This document shows, piece after piece, positions 19,526-28,972 of a DNA stretch of 38,779 bases. The number at the start of each line of letters is the position of its first letter. Position 1 is the stretch's first letter. This DNA comes from Pseudomonadota bacterium. GTDB lineage: Bacteria > Pseudomonadota > Gammaproteobacteria > Ga0077536. Location: the NCBI GenBank assembly GCA_031418675.1, contig JANOXY010000424.1:1-38779 (forward strand), in the 5' to 3' direction. Made by a program: the position numbers and the translations under genes. The notes under the pieces are model-generated. The model did no database searches. It was not told the origin of the DNA and worked only from the letters and a program-made list of their open reading frames with translations.

Positions 19526-20086
19526 ATGCAAAGCTTTAATCTCACCAATCACTTCCTGATCGCGATGCCGCAGCTCGAGGATCCAAACTTTGCGCGCTCG
19601 GTGACCTATATCTGTGCGCACAACGAGGACGGCGCCATGGGCATTGTCGTCAATCGTGCGCTGGACATGACGCTGGGTGATGTCTTAAGCCAGGTCGATG
19701 TGAAGGCGGCGATCGCCACCATCGCCGCGCGCCAGGTTTATCTCGGCGGACCCGTGCATACCGACCGTGGTTTCGTGCTGCATCGACCGGCCCAGACCTG
19801 GCAATCCAGTATCAGCGTCACCGCGGAGGTAGCGGTCTGCACTTCGCGCGACATACTCGAAGCGATCGCACGCGGTGAGGGCCCCAGCGATACGCTGGTT
19901 GCCTTGGGCTACGCCGGCTGGAGCGCCGGCCAACTGGAAGCCGAGATCGCACAAAACGCCTGGCTCTCTGGCCCGGCTGATCTCGACATCGTATTCAAGA
20001 TCCCCGCCGAACAACGCTGGCAACGCGCCGCCGCCCTGCTCGGGGTCGATCTCCACTACATCTCCCACGACGTCGGCCACGCTTGA
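19526..20086 (+). CDS. yqgE: YqgE/AlgH family protein
   Basis: MQSFNLTNHFLIAMPQLEDPNFARSVTYICAHNEDGAMGIVVNR is the canonical YqgE/AlgH N-terminus. Confidence 0.9.
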   Translation: MQSFNLTNHFLIAMPQLEDPNFARSVTYICAHNEDGAMGIVVNRALDMTLGDVLSQVDVKAAIATIAARQVYLGGPVHTDRGFVLHRPAQTWQSSISVTAEVAVCTSRDILEAIARGEGPSDTLVALGYAGWSAGQLEAEIAQNAWLSGPADLDIVFKIPAEQRWQRAAALLGVDLHYISHDVGHA

Positions 20087-20100
20087 GCGAGCAGACCGTG

Positions 20101-20478
20101 ATGGGCTTTGACTATGGCGAACGCCGGATCGGTGTGGCTGTCGGCCAGACCGTCACGCGCACCGCCCAGGCACTGGTCACCTTACAGGTGCGTAACGGTC
20201 AGATCGATTGGCCGGCTATCACGCAGCTGGTCACCGAGTGGAAACCTAGCCAGTTGGTGCTTGGCCTGCCCACTCGCGATACTGGTGAAGTGCATCCAAA
20301 TGCGGCGCCCATCACGCGCTTTGCACGGCGTCTCAGCGGTCGATTTCAACTACCGGTGGCGTTTGTCGATGAACGTTTGTCGTCGTATGCTGCGGCCGGG
20401 GACCCGGTTGCCAGTCGTCTCGGAATCGACGCCGTCGCGGCGCGTCTCATCGTCGAAACATGGCTGGCCGGTTGCTGA
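20101..20478 (+). CDS. ruvX: RuvX/YqgF putative pre-16S rRNA nuclease (Holliday junction resolvase-like)
   Basis: MGFDYGERRIGVAVG N-terminal motif. An upstream TTG at 20083 is an alternative start. Confidence 0.85.
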   Translation: MGFDYGERRIGVAVGQTVTRTAQALVTLQVRNGQIDWPAITQLVTEWKPSQLVLGLPTRDTGEVHPNAAPITRFARRLSGRFQLPVAFVDERLSSYAAAGDPVASRLGIDAVAARLIVETWLAGC

Positions 20479-20576
20479 CGAGCGCCGCAGGATGCAGCGG
20501 GCAGGGGCTCGCTGACACATTCCCCACAGTCCTGACCTAATCCGATCGGGCGGCGCCGGCCGCAACGCTGAACCTT

Positions 20577-21092
20577 ATGCATGAACTCGAACAACTCGAT
20601 GTCGACACGCTGATCGCCGATATCGCCGCACGCCTGAAAAAACGCATCCAGGACCAGGGCCTGGATAAACCCGCGCTGGTCGGTATCCGCACTGGCGGGG
20701 TGTGGCTCGCACAGCGCTTGCAGAAAAAGCTCAAGCTGCCGGGACCGATAGGCGAACTCAATATCGCTTTTTATCGCGACGACTTCAGCCGTATCGGCAT
20801 GCACCCGACGGTGGAACCCTCGCAGTTGCCCTTTGATGTCAACGATCGTCATTTGCTGCTGGTCGATGACATTCTCTACACCGGGCGCACCATACGCGCG
20901 GCGATGAATGAGATTTTTGACTATGGCCGACCGCGTTCGATCAATCTGATCGTGCTCATTGATCGCGGCGGGCGTGAGCTGCCGATCGACGCCAATGTCT
21001 ATGGTGCGCGTACCACCCTCGCGCCAGGCCAACATGTTAAGCTGCTTGGACCCGATCCCCTGCGACTCGAAATTGGCGCGACCAAGTCATGA
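20577..21092 (+). CDS. pyrR: Bifunctional pyrimidine regulator / uracil phosphoribosyltransferase PyrR
   Basis: 171 aa. PRPP-binding loop LLLVDDILYTGRTIRAA. Position upstream of pyrB. Confidence 0.9.
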   Translation: MHELEQLDVDTLIADIAARLKKRIQDQGLDKPALVGIRTGGVWLAQRLQKKLKLPGPIGELNIAFYRDDFSRIGMHPTVEPSQLPFDVNDRHLLLVDDILYTGRTIRAAMNEIFDYGRPRSINLIVLIDRGGRELPIDANVYGARTTLAPGQHVKLLGPDPLRLEIGATKS

Positions 21093-21174
21093 CCAGCGAA
21101 TGCTGCCGCACGCCCGGCGCACCGATGATCGATAAAACACGCGCCTGCGTGCGCTCAGTCAGCACCACGCAGCG

Positions 21175-22143
21175 ATGGTGAACGACAACATTCAACTCGA
21201 TAGCCAGGGACGCTTGAAGCACTTCCTGACCATCGAACATCTGCCGAAGAGCCTGCTCACCGCAATTCTCGATAACGCCGAGCGCTTTACCGTGGTCGGT
21301 GATCGCGCGGTGAAAAAAGTCCCGCTGTTGCGTGGCAAGACGGTCGTCAATCTGTTCTTTGAGCCCAGCACCCGCACCCGCACCACCTTCGAACTCGCCG
21401 CCAAACGTCTGTCGGCCGACGTCATGAACCTTAATATCGAGGCCAGCGCCGCCAAAAAAGGTGAGTCCCTGGCCGATACACTGCGCACGCTGGAAGCCAT
21501 GCAGACCGATATGTTCGTGGTGCGGCACCATGAAAGCGGCGCACCGGAATTCATTGCCCGCCAGGTTGGCGCCGAAGTGAGTGTGATCAATGCCGGCGAT
21601 GGTCGCCATGCGCACCCGACCCAGGCCATGCTCGATATGATCACCATTCGACGCTGCAAACGCGACTTCACCAACCTCAAGGTGGCGATTGTCGGTGATG
21701 TTGCCCACTCACGGGTTGCGCGCTCGGAAATCCACGCGCTGACTACCCTCGGCGTGCCGGAAATCCGCGTAGTGGGGCCCAAAACCCTGCTGCCCCGTGG
21801 CATCGAAGCACTCGGCGTCGAAGTTCATCACACCCTCGAAAGTGGCCTGGAGGGTGTCGATGTGGTGATGATGCTGCGTTTACAACAGGAGCGCATGCAA
21901 AGTGCACTGTTGCCCAGCGGGCACGAATATTTTCACACCTTCGGTCTCACACCAGCGCGGCTGAAGCGCGCCAAACCCGATGCGATTGTCATGCATCCGG
22001 GGCCTATCAATCGGGGTGTTGAGATCGATTCGGCGGTGGCCGATGGCAAACAGTCGGTGATCCTGCAGCAAGTCACCCATGGCATTGCGGTACGCATGGC
22101 CGTGATGTCGATGGTGATGGGCACGGCGGCGCAATCGACATGA
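21175..22143 (+). CDS. pyrB: Aspartate carbamoyltransferase catalytic subunit
   Basis: 322 aa. [13 protein letters not shown] carbamoyl-phosphate motif, plus HPTQ and HPGP motifs. Confidence 0.95.
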   Translation: MVNDNIQLDSQGRLKHFLTIEHLPKSLLTAILDNAERFTVVGDRAVKKVPLLRGKTVVNLFFEPSTRTRTTFELAAKRLSADVMNLNIEASAAKKGESLADTLRTLEAMQTDMFVVRHHESGAPEFIARQVGAEVSVINAGDGRHAHPTQAMLDMITIRRCKRDFTNLKVAIVGDVAHSRVARSEIHALTTLGVPEIRVVGPKTLLPRGIEALGVEVHHTLESGLEGVDVVMMLRLQQERMQSALLPSGHEYFHTFGLTPARLKRAKPDAIVMHPGPINRGVEIDSAVADGKQSVILQQVTHGIAVRMAVMSMVMGTAAQST

Positions 22144-23420
22144 AGATTTCCATCAGCGGCGGTCGCGTCATAAACCCCGTCACCAAACGCGACGAAGTTG
22201 TCGATGTCTTCATTGACGGCGGCACCATCGTCGCGCTCGGGCGCACACCCGCAGGTTTTAAGCCCGCACGGGTGATCGACGCACGGGGCGCGATAGTGTG
22301 TCCGGGTTTTACCGAGGTTGGCGCGCGGCTGCGCGAACCGGGCGCTGAGCATAAGGCCACTATCGCCAGCGAACTTGAAGCGGCGGCAGCCGCTGGTTTC
22401 ACCACGGTGTGCTGCATGCCCGATACCAACCCGGTGATCGACACGCCAGCCGTGGTGGAACTGGTCAATCAACGGGCACGCGGTGTACGTGGTGCTCGGG
22501 TGCGTTGTATCGGTGCTTTGACCCAGGACCTCGGCGGCTCGGTACTGGCCGAAATGGCCGCGCTGAAAGAAATTGGCTGCGTAGGCGTGGCTAATGCCGG
22601 TCACGCGATCCACGACAGCAATGTCTTAAAAAACGCGCTGGCCTACGCAGCGACGCTCGACCTCACGGTGTTCCTCGACGCAGAAGATCCCTGGCTGGCA
22701 GCCCAGGGCTGTATGAACGAAGGCGCGGTCAGCACCCGCCTGGGGCTGGCGGGTATTCCAGCTGCAGCGGAATTGATCGGCCTCGGTCGTGACCTGGTGC
22801 TGCTCGAAGACAGTGGCGCGCGCGCCCACTTCCGCACCCTGACATGTGGCCGCTCAATCAAATATGTGAATAACGCGCGCAAGGCCGGCCTCGATGTGAG
22901 CGCCAGCGTTGGTATTGCCCATCTGACCCTGAGCGACGAAGACATCGCGCGGTTTGATGGACACTTTCATGTGCGCCCACCGCTGCGCACACGTCGCGAT
23001 CGCACACGCCTGGTACGCGGCCTGGCCGAAGGTCAAGTCGAGGTGCTGAGCACCCATCACGAACCCCACGATGCCGATGCCAAAGCCGGCCCATTTGGTG
23101 CCACGGCTGCTGGCATCTCGGGCCTCGATAGTTTTCTGCCCCTGATGTTGAGCCTGGTCGAAGCCGGCACGCTGGATCTGATGCGCGCCATCGACGCCGC
23201 CGCAGTACAACCGGCGCGAGTGATCGGCAATGCGCCCGCCAGCCTGGCCGCCGGCGAAGTCGCCGATATCTGTATTTTTAATCCCAGCGAGACCTGGCAG
23301 CTGACGGCCGACACCATGCTCAGTCGTGGTAAGAACACCCCGTTGCTTGGACGCACGCTGCGTGGTCGTGTGCTCGCGACCCTGGTTGGTGGCCGCATCG
23401 TGTACGAACGGAAGGGCTGA
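22140..23420 (+). CDS. Dihydroorotase-like protein lacking the HxH metal ligands (PyrC'-type, probably non-catalytic ATCase partner)
   Basis: 426 aa, ATGA overlap with pyrB. Where class I DHOases have D-x-H-x-H-x-REPG, this ORF reads [13 protein letters not shown]. Confidence 0.85.
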   Translation: MKISISGGRVINPVTKRDEVVDVFIDGGTIVALGRTPAGFKPARVIDARGAIVCPGFTEVGARLREPGAEHKATIASELEAAAAAGFTTVCCMPDTNPVIDTPAVVELVNQRARGVRGARVRCIGALTQDLGGSVLAEMAALKEIGCVGVANAGHAIHDSNVLKNALAYAATLDLTVFLDAEDPWLAAQGCMNEGAVSTRLGLAGIPAAAELIGLGRDLVLLEDSGARAHFRTLTCGRSIKYVNNARKAGLDVSASVGIAHLTLSDEDIARFDGHFHVRPPLRTRRDRTRLVRGLAEGQVEVLSTHHEPHDADAKAGPFGATAAGISGLDSFLPLMLSLVEAGTLDLMRAIDAAAVQPARVIGNAPASLAAGEVADICIFNPSETWQLTADTMLSRGKNTPLLGRTLRGRVLATLVGGRIVYERKG

Positions 23421-23421
23421 A

Positions 23422-24309
23422 GTGAACGACCACGCCCGCCCCCATCGCGGCACCATTCAACTCGCCGATGCCACCATCGCTGCGGTTGAACACTTCGAAG
23501 GTGCGCAGCACTATCTGCGACTGGACTGCCCGGCGCTCGCTGCGCAGTGCTTGCCGGGCAGCTTCGTGCATCTGCGCTGCGATCATGAACTGCCGATGCG
23601 GCGCCCGATGTCCGTGATGCGCGCCTCGCCCCGTGAAGGCTGGCTGGACGTGCTGTACAAGGCCCACGGTTATGGCACCGGTTTGCTCGCCTCGCGCACC
23701 GTGGGTGAGCAGCTGAGCGTGCTCGGCCCGATCGGCCAGCCCTTCAAACTCAAGGACTATCGCCCGCGTCCACTGTTGATTGGCGGCGGCGTCGGCATTC
23801 CGCCGATGCTGTTTCTGGCCGAACACATGCGCGCACAAGGCAGCGCCACGCAAGCGCTGGTATTGATGGGGTCGGAAGTTCCATTTCCGTTTCGGGCTCG
23901 ACCGTCAACCCTGATGGTGCCCGGTCTGCCTGCCGATGTGATCGCAGCGATGCCCCTGCTGGAGGACTGGCATATCGCCTCGCGTTTAGCCAGTCTGGCC
24001 GGTTTTCCCGGCTGCTACGAAGGGTATGTGACCGACCTTGCGCGCCAGTGGATCACCACCAGCGGCGTGCCACGCGATGACATCGAGATCTTCGCCTGTG
24101 GCCCGACCCCGATGCTGCGCGCGTTGGCAAAACTCGCGGCCGAGTTCGAGCTGCCCTGTCAGATCTCGTTGGAAGAATACATGGCCTGCGCAGTGGGTGG
24201 CTGTGCCGGCTGCACGGTCAAAATCGAAACACCAAGTGGTGCGGCAATGAAGCGCGTGTGTGTTGACGGCCCGGTCTTCGAAGCGCGCACGGTGGTATTC
24301 AGCGATTAA
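23422..24309 (+). CDS. PyrK-like ferredoxin-reductase-type electron transfer protein (FAD plus 2Fe-2S)
   Basis: GTG start 1 nt after the upstream stop. RRPMSV flavin motif, GGGVGIPP NAD-type motif, C-terminal MACAVGGCAGCTV...RVCVDGPVF cysteine cluster as in PyrK. Confidence 0.75.
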   Translation: MNDHARPHRGTIQLADATIAAVEHFEGAQHYLRLDCPALAAQCLPGSFVHLRCDHELPMRRPMSVMRASPREGWLDVLYKAHGYGTGLLASRTVGEQLSVLGPIGQPFKLKDYRPRPLLIGGGVGIPPMLFLAEHMRAQGSATQALVLMGSEVPFPFRARPSTLMVPGLPADVIAAMPLLEDWHIASRLASLAGFPGCYEGYVTDLARQWITTSGVPRDDIEIFACGPTPMLRALAKLAAEFELPCQISLEEYMACAVGGCAGCTVKIETPSGAAMKRVCVDGPVFEARTVVFSD

Positions 24310-24335
24310 GCCGTGCTGGGGAAATCGTCCGCACT

Positions 24336-24740
24336 TTATAGGTCCGGCTTACGCAATCCCCTTGCCACCAGCGCCTGTTCCAGTTGCTCGCGCTCGAAAC
24401 CAACAAAGGTTTCTTTCCCCAGGCTCAAAATCGGAATCGCTTTGAACGGCAGCGCGGCGTAACGACGTCGGCCTTCGGCATCGGTTTCGATGTCGTACTC
24501 ACAATGTTTGATTTGTTCGCTATGGAGAAACCGGCGGGCGGCACGGCAGTAACCACACCATGAGGCGCTCAGCATGACCACCGTATCGGCGTCCGGTAAC
24601 AGTGGCTGCTCACAACGCACGGGCGCCGGCGTACGATTTGTCACCATCATGGTCATCGCCCACGCGCCGAGTACCAGCACCAGCCCATAGGTCGGCAGCG
24701 CTGCGCGCCGGGTCGTGCTTGGAGCCTGGGGATCAGTCAT
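24336..24740 (-). CDS. Membrane-anchored glutaredoxin/NrdH-like thiol-disulfide protein
   Basis: Start at MTDPQAP, 8-nt overlap with the upstream stop. One TM helix (GLVLVLGAWAMTMMV). WCGYCRAARRFL CxxC motif and glutaredoxin fold tail. Confidence 0.75.
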   Translation of the reverse strand: MTDPQAPSTTRRAALPTYGLVLVLGAWAMTMMVTNRTPAPVRCEQPLLPDADTVVMLSASWCGYCRAARRFLHSEQIKHCEYDIETDAEGRRRYAALPFKAIPILSLGKETFVGFEREQLEQALVARGLRKPDL

Positions 24741-25110
24741 CGTAGTGCCACTCAAAACGCTGCAGGTCGATGCGACCCAGCGCATCAAATTCAATACCCT
24801 CCAAGGCCAGGCGGTCGTGTTGTTCGTTCGACCAGTCGCGATCGCCGCGTGGGCTTACGGTGCCTTTGACATTGACCACCCGATGCCAAGGCACCGCGGT
24901 GCCATCCTTCAGCGCAGCGAGCGCGTAACCGACCTGACGGGCACCGCTCGGACCTTCGATATAGGCCAGTGCCGCGACCTGCTTGTAGGTGGCGACCTTG
25001 CCGCTGGGAATGGCCGATACCACCGCCCATACGCGCGCATTGCGGCCGCTGTCTTCCGCGGCGTCCGCTTGCACATTCTTTTTCACAGTTCGCGCTCGCG
25101 ATGTCGGCAT
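24733..25110 (-). CDS. Alkyltransferase-like protein (ATL; MGMT DNA-binding domain without the acceptor cysteine)
   Basis: 125 aa from the ATG preceded by GGGAGAA. VPWHRVVN sits where MGMTs have PCHRVV. Confidence 0.8.
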   Translation of the reverse strand: MPTSRARTVKKNVQADAAEDSGRNARVWAVVSAIPSGKVATYKQVAALAYIEGPSGARQVGYALAALKDGTAVPWHRVVNVKGTVSPRGDRDWSNEQHDRLALEGIEFDALGRIDLQRFEWHYDD

Positions 25111-25150
25111 GATCCCGTTCTCCCTTATCCGCCACGAGGACGCAGCCGCC

Positions 25151-25540
25151 CTAACATCTGGACACCTTCTCGACACGCGGCGGCTCGGATAATTCCACAC
25201 GTATGCCGTGGTGGGACTGTGTACGGGGCTTCATGCACATGAGCACGGTGCGCTGGGTGATCCAGGTCAAGCCTACCTGATCGCCGGAGAATGGCGTGCC
25301 ATCGTTGGCGAGTTCCGTGCTGACCACCGGCGTGCTGACCGCCATGCCGCGCGGCACGAGGTAAAGCTTTAACTGGTGGGGCGCACTGGCGCTGGCGGCC
25401 GCGACCAGGGTCAGACGCAGTTGGTAGTCACCATCGGGGGCGGGGAATTCACTGAGGATTTGTTCAGGGGCTTCGCCACAAGCGACCAACAGACCGAGCA
25501 AGCCAAGCCCATGCCACCGCCGGCTGAAGCGGGGCTTCAT
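25151..25540 (-). CDS. Hypothetical lipoprotein
   Basis: 129 aa. Leader MKPRFSRRWHGLGLLGLLVAC with lipobox. ATGA overlap with the upstream gene. Confidence 0.65.
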   Translation of the reverse strand: MKPRFSRRWHGLGLLGLLVACGEAPEQILSEFPAPDGDYQLRLTLVAAASASAPHQLKLYLVPRGMAVSTPVVSTELANDGTPFSGDQVGLTWITQRTVLMCMKPRTQSHHGIRVELSEPPRVEKVSRC

Positions 25541-25791
25541 TTATCCGCCGTGGCGGTTTGCTCGCGCGCTGCCTGGTAGTCCTCGAAGCGTGTGCGGTCG
25601 GGGTGGTTGGCAACGGCGCATTGCGCGGCACGGGCCTGTGCATCACGTTGATGAGCACCGCTACGCTGGCACGCATACTGGTCGCCGATGTCGTAGAACC
25701 AACGTTGCCAGCCCGCGGTAGTGCAGGCGCTGAACATGCCACATGCAAAGAACATGGCGCTCACGCGCGCGATTTTGTGCGTGGTCTGCAC
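25537..25791 (-). CDS. Small hypothetical (lipo)protein
   Basis: GTG start chosen just downstream of the GFA stop (VQTTHKIARVSAMFFACGMFSAC...). The longer ORF would overlap GFA. Start is poorly supported. Confidence 0.4.
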   Translation of the reverse strand: MQTTHKIARVSAMFFACGMFSACTTAGWQRWFYDIGDQYACQRSGAHQRDAQARAAQCAVANHPDRTRFEDYQAAREQTATADK

Positions 25792-25801
25792 ATCCACATC
25801 T

Positions 25802-26239
25802 TTACGCCCCGCTATTCGGCGCTTCAGCCCGATAGGTTGCATGCTGCGGCAGCTGGTCGTGGATGGTGAACCATGGCGCCTTGGAGGCGACAAAAACATG
25901 GTATTCCGGGCGAAGATTGGGCGTATCGTCGAGGACACCGGCCGCCACCCACAAACGATCCGGGTGATCGTGCGTGGCAAACAGCAGCTTGGCGCCGCAG
26001 CCCGAACAGAAGTGCCGCTCTACACCGGGCGACGAAGCGTAAACACGGACCGCCTCTACACCCTCTAACAGCTGAAAGCCCTCACGCCTGATCTGCACAA
26101 AAGTCGCAAAGGCACTGCCGTGGTGCTTGCGACACATGCCGCAATGGCACATCCCCATCGCCAGCGGCGGCGTAGTCAGCACAAAAGCCACTGCGCCGCA
26201 CAGGCAACTGCCGCGCAGGCCCTCAGCGGCTACGCTCAT
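25802..26239 (-). CDS. GFA (glutathione-dependent formaldehyde-activating / CENP-V) family protein
   Basis: 145 aa. Cys clusters CLCG, CHCGMCRKHHG and FCSGCG are typical of PF04828. Confidence 0.8.
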   Translation of the reverse strand: MSVAAEGLRGSCLCGAVAFVLTTPPLAMGMCHCGMCRKHHGSAFATFVQIRREGFQLLEGVEAVRVYASSPGVERHFCSGCGAKLLFATHDHPDRLWVAAGVLDDTPNLRPEYHVFVASKAPWFTIHDQLPQHATYRAEAPNSGA

Positions 26240-26609
26240 GCCGTGCGTCTAGGAAGTCCACCCACGCCTCCCAACGGCGCGTATCCGACGGAAACTTCGG
26301 ATGATCAAAACGCGCGATGACGATGTGTTCCGGACCCGCCCGATAGGCGATGGCAGCGACGAAGATCAAACCGTCTTTGTAGGCCTGGCGCTGTTCGTCC
26401 GGCACGCTCTTGTGCGGCGTGTCGGACCACAAGCCGGCGCTACGCAAGGCCGTAATCCAACTCTCGGCCGGGTTCCCGGCTGTGCCGCGCGCAGTGCACA
26501 GGTAAAGACTGCCATTGAGTTTGTCACCTGGATCGAAAGCCAGATCGTAGTGGTCGACGATGACGGCGCTGTTGAATTCGGCCGGTACGCTGTTCAATTG
26601 CGCGCTCAT
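26223..26609 (-). CDS. Hypothetical protein
   Basis: 128 aa, ATG preceded by GGGAG. Protein-like composition, no family recognised. Its 3' end overlaps the GFA start by 17 nt. Confidence 0.55.
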   Translation of the reverse strand: MSAQLNSVPAEFNSAVIVDHYDLAFDPGDKLNGSLYLCTARGTAGNPAESWITALRSAGLWSDTPHKSVPDEQRQAYKDGLIFVAAIAYRAGPEHIVIARFDHPKFPSDTRRWEAWVDFLDARHERSR

Positions 26610-26714
26610 GGTATTTGCTCCCGTAGACGATGATGCGGCGAGTGTGCCGCGACGCAGAAACGGAAGCTAACCGAGGCGGCAGGCCTAAGCAAGCCTGCCA
26701 TCGGACATCCCTCC

Positions 26715-27008
26715 TCAGGGCTTCAATTCAACTTCGATGAACGACAGGAAATAGTCATTGGCGTTAATGACGTTGTGCTCAACACCTGCGGGGCGCGAAT
26801 AGGACACACCCAGCTCAAGTTGCGCGGTCTGATCGCCTGCATGGGTTTCGAGGCGCAAGGTGCCGGTGGTGAGGGGGACCACGACGTAGTCATGACCATG
26901 GATATGCCAGCCGGTCTCGGCACCGGGTGCAAAACGCCATTCGGTAACGATGACCCGTTGGTTCTCGAGTTGTTTGATGCCTTCGGCTTGTGGGCGAGGT
27001 GTGGACAT
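26715..27008 (-). CDS. Cupin domain protein
   Basis: 97 aa. GWHIHGHDYVVV...AGVEHNVIN cupin motifs 1 and 2. Confidence 0.8.
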   Translation of the reverse strand: MSTPRPQAEGIKQLENQRVIVTEWRFAPGAETGWHIHGHDYVVVPLTTGTLRLETHAGDQTAQLELGVSYSRPAGVEHNVINANDYFLSFIEVELKP

Positions 27009-27074
27009 GGTGTGTCTCGTGGGTTTTGTCGCGATCCCGGGTAAAACGTGATCCTATCGTCGGTGCTCGACGCG

Positions 27075-27554
27075 TCAGGCAAGGGCGGCGGCCTGACTCC
27101 ATGCCAGGGCCGGGAATCGCTCCACCCCCTCGCTGCGAAATTCTCCGACGCTGTCCATACACACACAGTGGCGACGCACAATGCGCCAGCCGGCCGGCGT
27201 CATGGCGAATGTATCGTGGTAGGAGCCACGCACTTCCCAGCGCGTCATCGTGCCTTCCGGCAGACGTTGCAGATGGGTGGCGATCACCCGCGCACTGCCG
27301 TGGGCACTCTTGCCTCGCACTTCGATCATGGGACTGGCGATGACATGGTTGGTCCAGTAACACAGATCGAGAAAGCGACTGAAGGCATTCGCCGCTTCGG
27401 CACCGGTGCAGTCAAAAACATGACCCGAGACTTCGTAGTGGAGCGCAGCCGTGGGCGCAAACACCTGCTCTAGATATTCGAAGCGCTTCTCATCGAGCGC
27501 CCGTGCGTAGATGGCGTAGTTGTGGGAAATGGCGATGTAGTCGACCTGGTCCAT
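27075..27554 (-). CDS. SnoaL-like / NTF2-fold protein
   Basis: Start at MDQVDYIAISHNYAIYARALDEKRFEYLEQVF (typical SnoaL_4 N-terminus), preceded by GGGGAGAG. The longer ORF upstream is Arg/Ala-rich noise. Confidence 0.7.
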   Translation of the reverse strand: MDQVDYIAISHNYAIYARALDEKRFEYLEQVFAPTAALHYEVSGHVFDCTGAEAANAFSRFLDLCYWTNHVIASPMIEVRGKSAHGSARVIATHLQRLPEGTMTRWEVRGSYHDTFAMTPAGWRIVRRHCVCMDSVGEFRSEGVERFPALAWSQAAALA

Positions 27555-27667
27555 GATCTCTCCCCGTGTTGTGCGGCACGGCGTGCCGCCTGCGCGGCAG
27601 TGTAGGCTGCGCTCCCCGTGACGCAAAGCACTGGGCAGCCCCATGGCCGCGTGACACAGGGACTCAC

Positions 27668-28300
27668 TCAGCGCGGTAGCGCCAGCCAAGCCTGGACCGA
27701 AGGCCGCTGCCACTGGCCACGCACATAGGTGGCAAGGCGTTCCGGCACGGCATGACCGTTGTTCAACAGCCGCTGCAACATGAGCGCCAGATCGGTATCG
27801 GCAATGGACCACTCGCCAAACAGCGTGGCCGCCTCGCGGGTGAGCAATTGTTCGGCCACACGACACAGGCGCAGAGCGTCCTGCTCCGCAGCCGCCGGTA
27901 AGTCTGTGGTCAGGGGCGTGCCAAACACCGACGTGGTTGGTCGCGCTTCCCGTAACGCCATCAGATCGCTACGCAACCAGGCCTGTAGCTGCCGCGCGCG
28001 GGCGCGTTCGCGAACCTGGCTGGGATAGAGCGCGCGATAACCGGGTGGTGGCAGCAGATCATCGAGGTATTCGGCGATGGCTGATGATTCACTCAAGTGG
28101 TAATCGCCGTGACTCAACATCGGCACACGGCAGGTCAGGGAGCGCTGCGCGTAATCGCCCGTGCGCAGTTCCTCGCTGTATACATCGATGAGACGTAATT
28201 CGAAGGGCACCGCTTTTTCGACCAATGCCACATAGGCCGACATGGCATAGGGGCTGGTATGGTGGGAATCAACATGGAGCAGAAACTGAGGGTTAGACAT
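27668..28300 (-). CDS. Glutathione S-transferase
   Basis: Start at MSNPQF. GST N-domain with SPYAMSAYVAL...RVPML...LSESSAIAEYL, plus a C-terminal helical domain. Confidence 0.85.
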   Translation of the reverse strand: MSNPQFLLHVDSHHTSPYAMSAYVALVEKAVPFELRLIDVYSEELRTGDYAQRSLTCRVPMLSHGDYHLSESSAIAEYLDDLLPPPGYRALYPSQVRERARARQLQAWLRSDLMALREARPTTSVFGTPLTTDLPAAAEQDALRLCRVAEQLLTREAATLFGEWSIADTDLALMLQRLLNNGHAVPERLATYVRGQWQRPSVQAWLALPR

Positions 28301-28528
28301 GACTGAAACACTCCCATCGCAGCAGAACATTTTCGATTGGATGCGACAAGCTTAAACCCGACGGTAGAATTTTTGGGCGTGTCGTGGGTGTCCGCTTCGT
28401 CGTGCGAATAACGTGGCAGCGCGTCGTTGCTAACAAAGCACCTGCCGCAATAGCTGCGCCGATGATCGCACCAGACAGCGCGTAGCGTAACGCGCCGCAC
28501 AGGCAAGCACCTTCGCGCAGCGCTTACC

Positions 28529-28972
28529 TCATGGCAGCAGCGTGGTGCAGTTACCAGTGCAACGGGCGATCCGCGCCTGCAAGCTGCGATAGAGGGCGTC
28601 GCAGGTACTGGGCTGCGCTTCGCAAAACAAGCGCGTGATGAGCGTTGGGTTGCCGTTTTTGAATACGATGTCGCGGCGCACGACACTTGGATAGGCGGCG
28701 TGGGCGCGGGGCGCAAAAGTCCAGGTGGTGAAATCGTTATCATGCTGGTCGGTAATAATCGTCCACCCCGCTTGTTCGATGGTTTGCACCGCCGGCTTTT
28801 TGGCCAATGCCGCACGTGCGGCGGCAACCGATCCATAACCCAAACCGCTGATGGCGGACTGGGCGAGAAGCGGGATCGGAGCCAACCACAGCGTAGCGCC
28901 CAAGGTGATCACGATTCTGATCAATGTTGTGATCAATGTAGCTCCCGCACGATCAGGCGCCACTGGCATCAT
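28529..28972 (-). CDS. Hypothetical secreted protein
   Basis: ATG at 28972 (a TTG at 28981 gives the longest ORF). Signal-like TLITTLIRIVITLGATLWLAPIPLLAQSA. Four Cys near the C-terminus. The 5' end overlaps the GNAT stop by about 20 nt. Confidence 0.55.
   Translation of the reverse strand: MMPVAPDRAGATLITTLIRIVITLGATLWLAPIPLLAQSAISGLGYGSVAAARAALAKKPAVQTIEQAGWTIITDQHDNDFTTWTFAPRAHAAYPSVVRRDIVFKNGNPTLITRLFCEAQPSTCDALYRSLQARIARCTGNCTTLLP

Noticed and set aside
24310-24345. Sequence tataggtccggcttac resembles one arm of the REP at 5564-5586.
   Set aside because: It has no inverted partner. It overlaps the last codons and stop of the glutaredoxin-like gene (…RKPDL*). Only about 10 of the first 11 bases match, which looks coincidental.
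28301-28528. Stop-to-stop frame on the minus strand encoding a glycine-zipper-like hydrophobic segment (ALRYALSGAIIGAAIAAGALLATT) between the secreted unknown and GST.
   Set aside because: There is no ATG, GTG or TTG upstream of the hydrophobic segment. It may be a decayed small membrane-protein gene, but I cannot support it as a feature.
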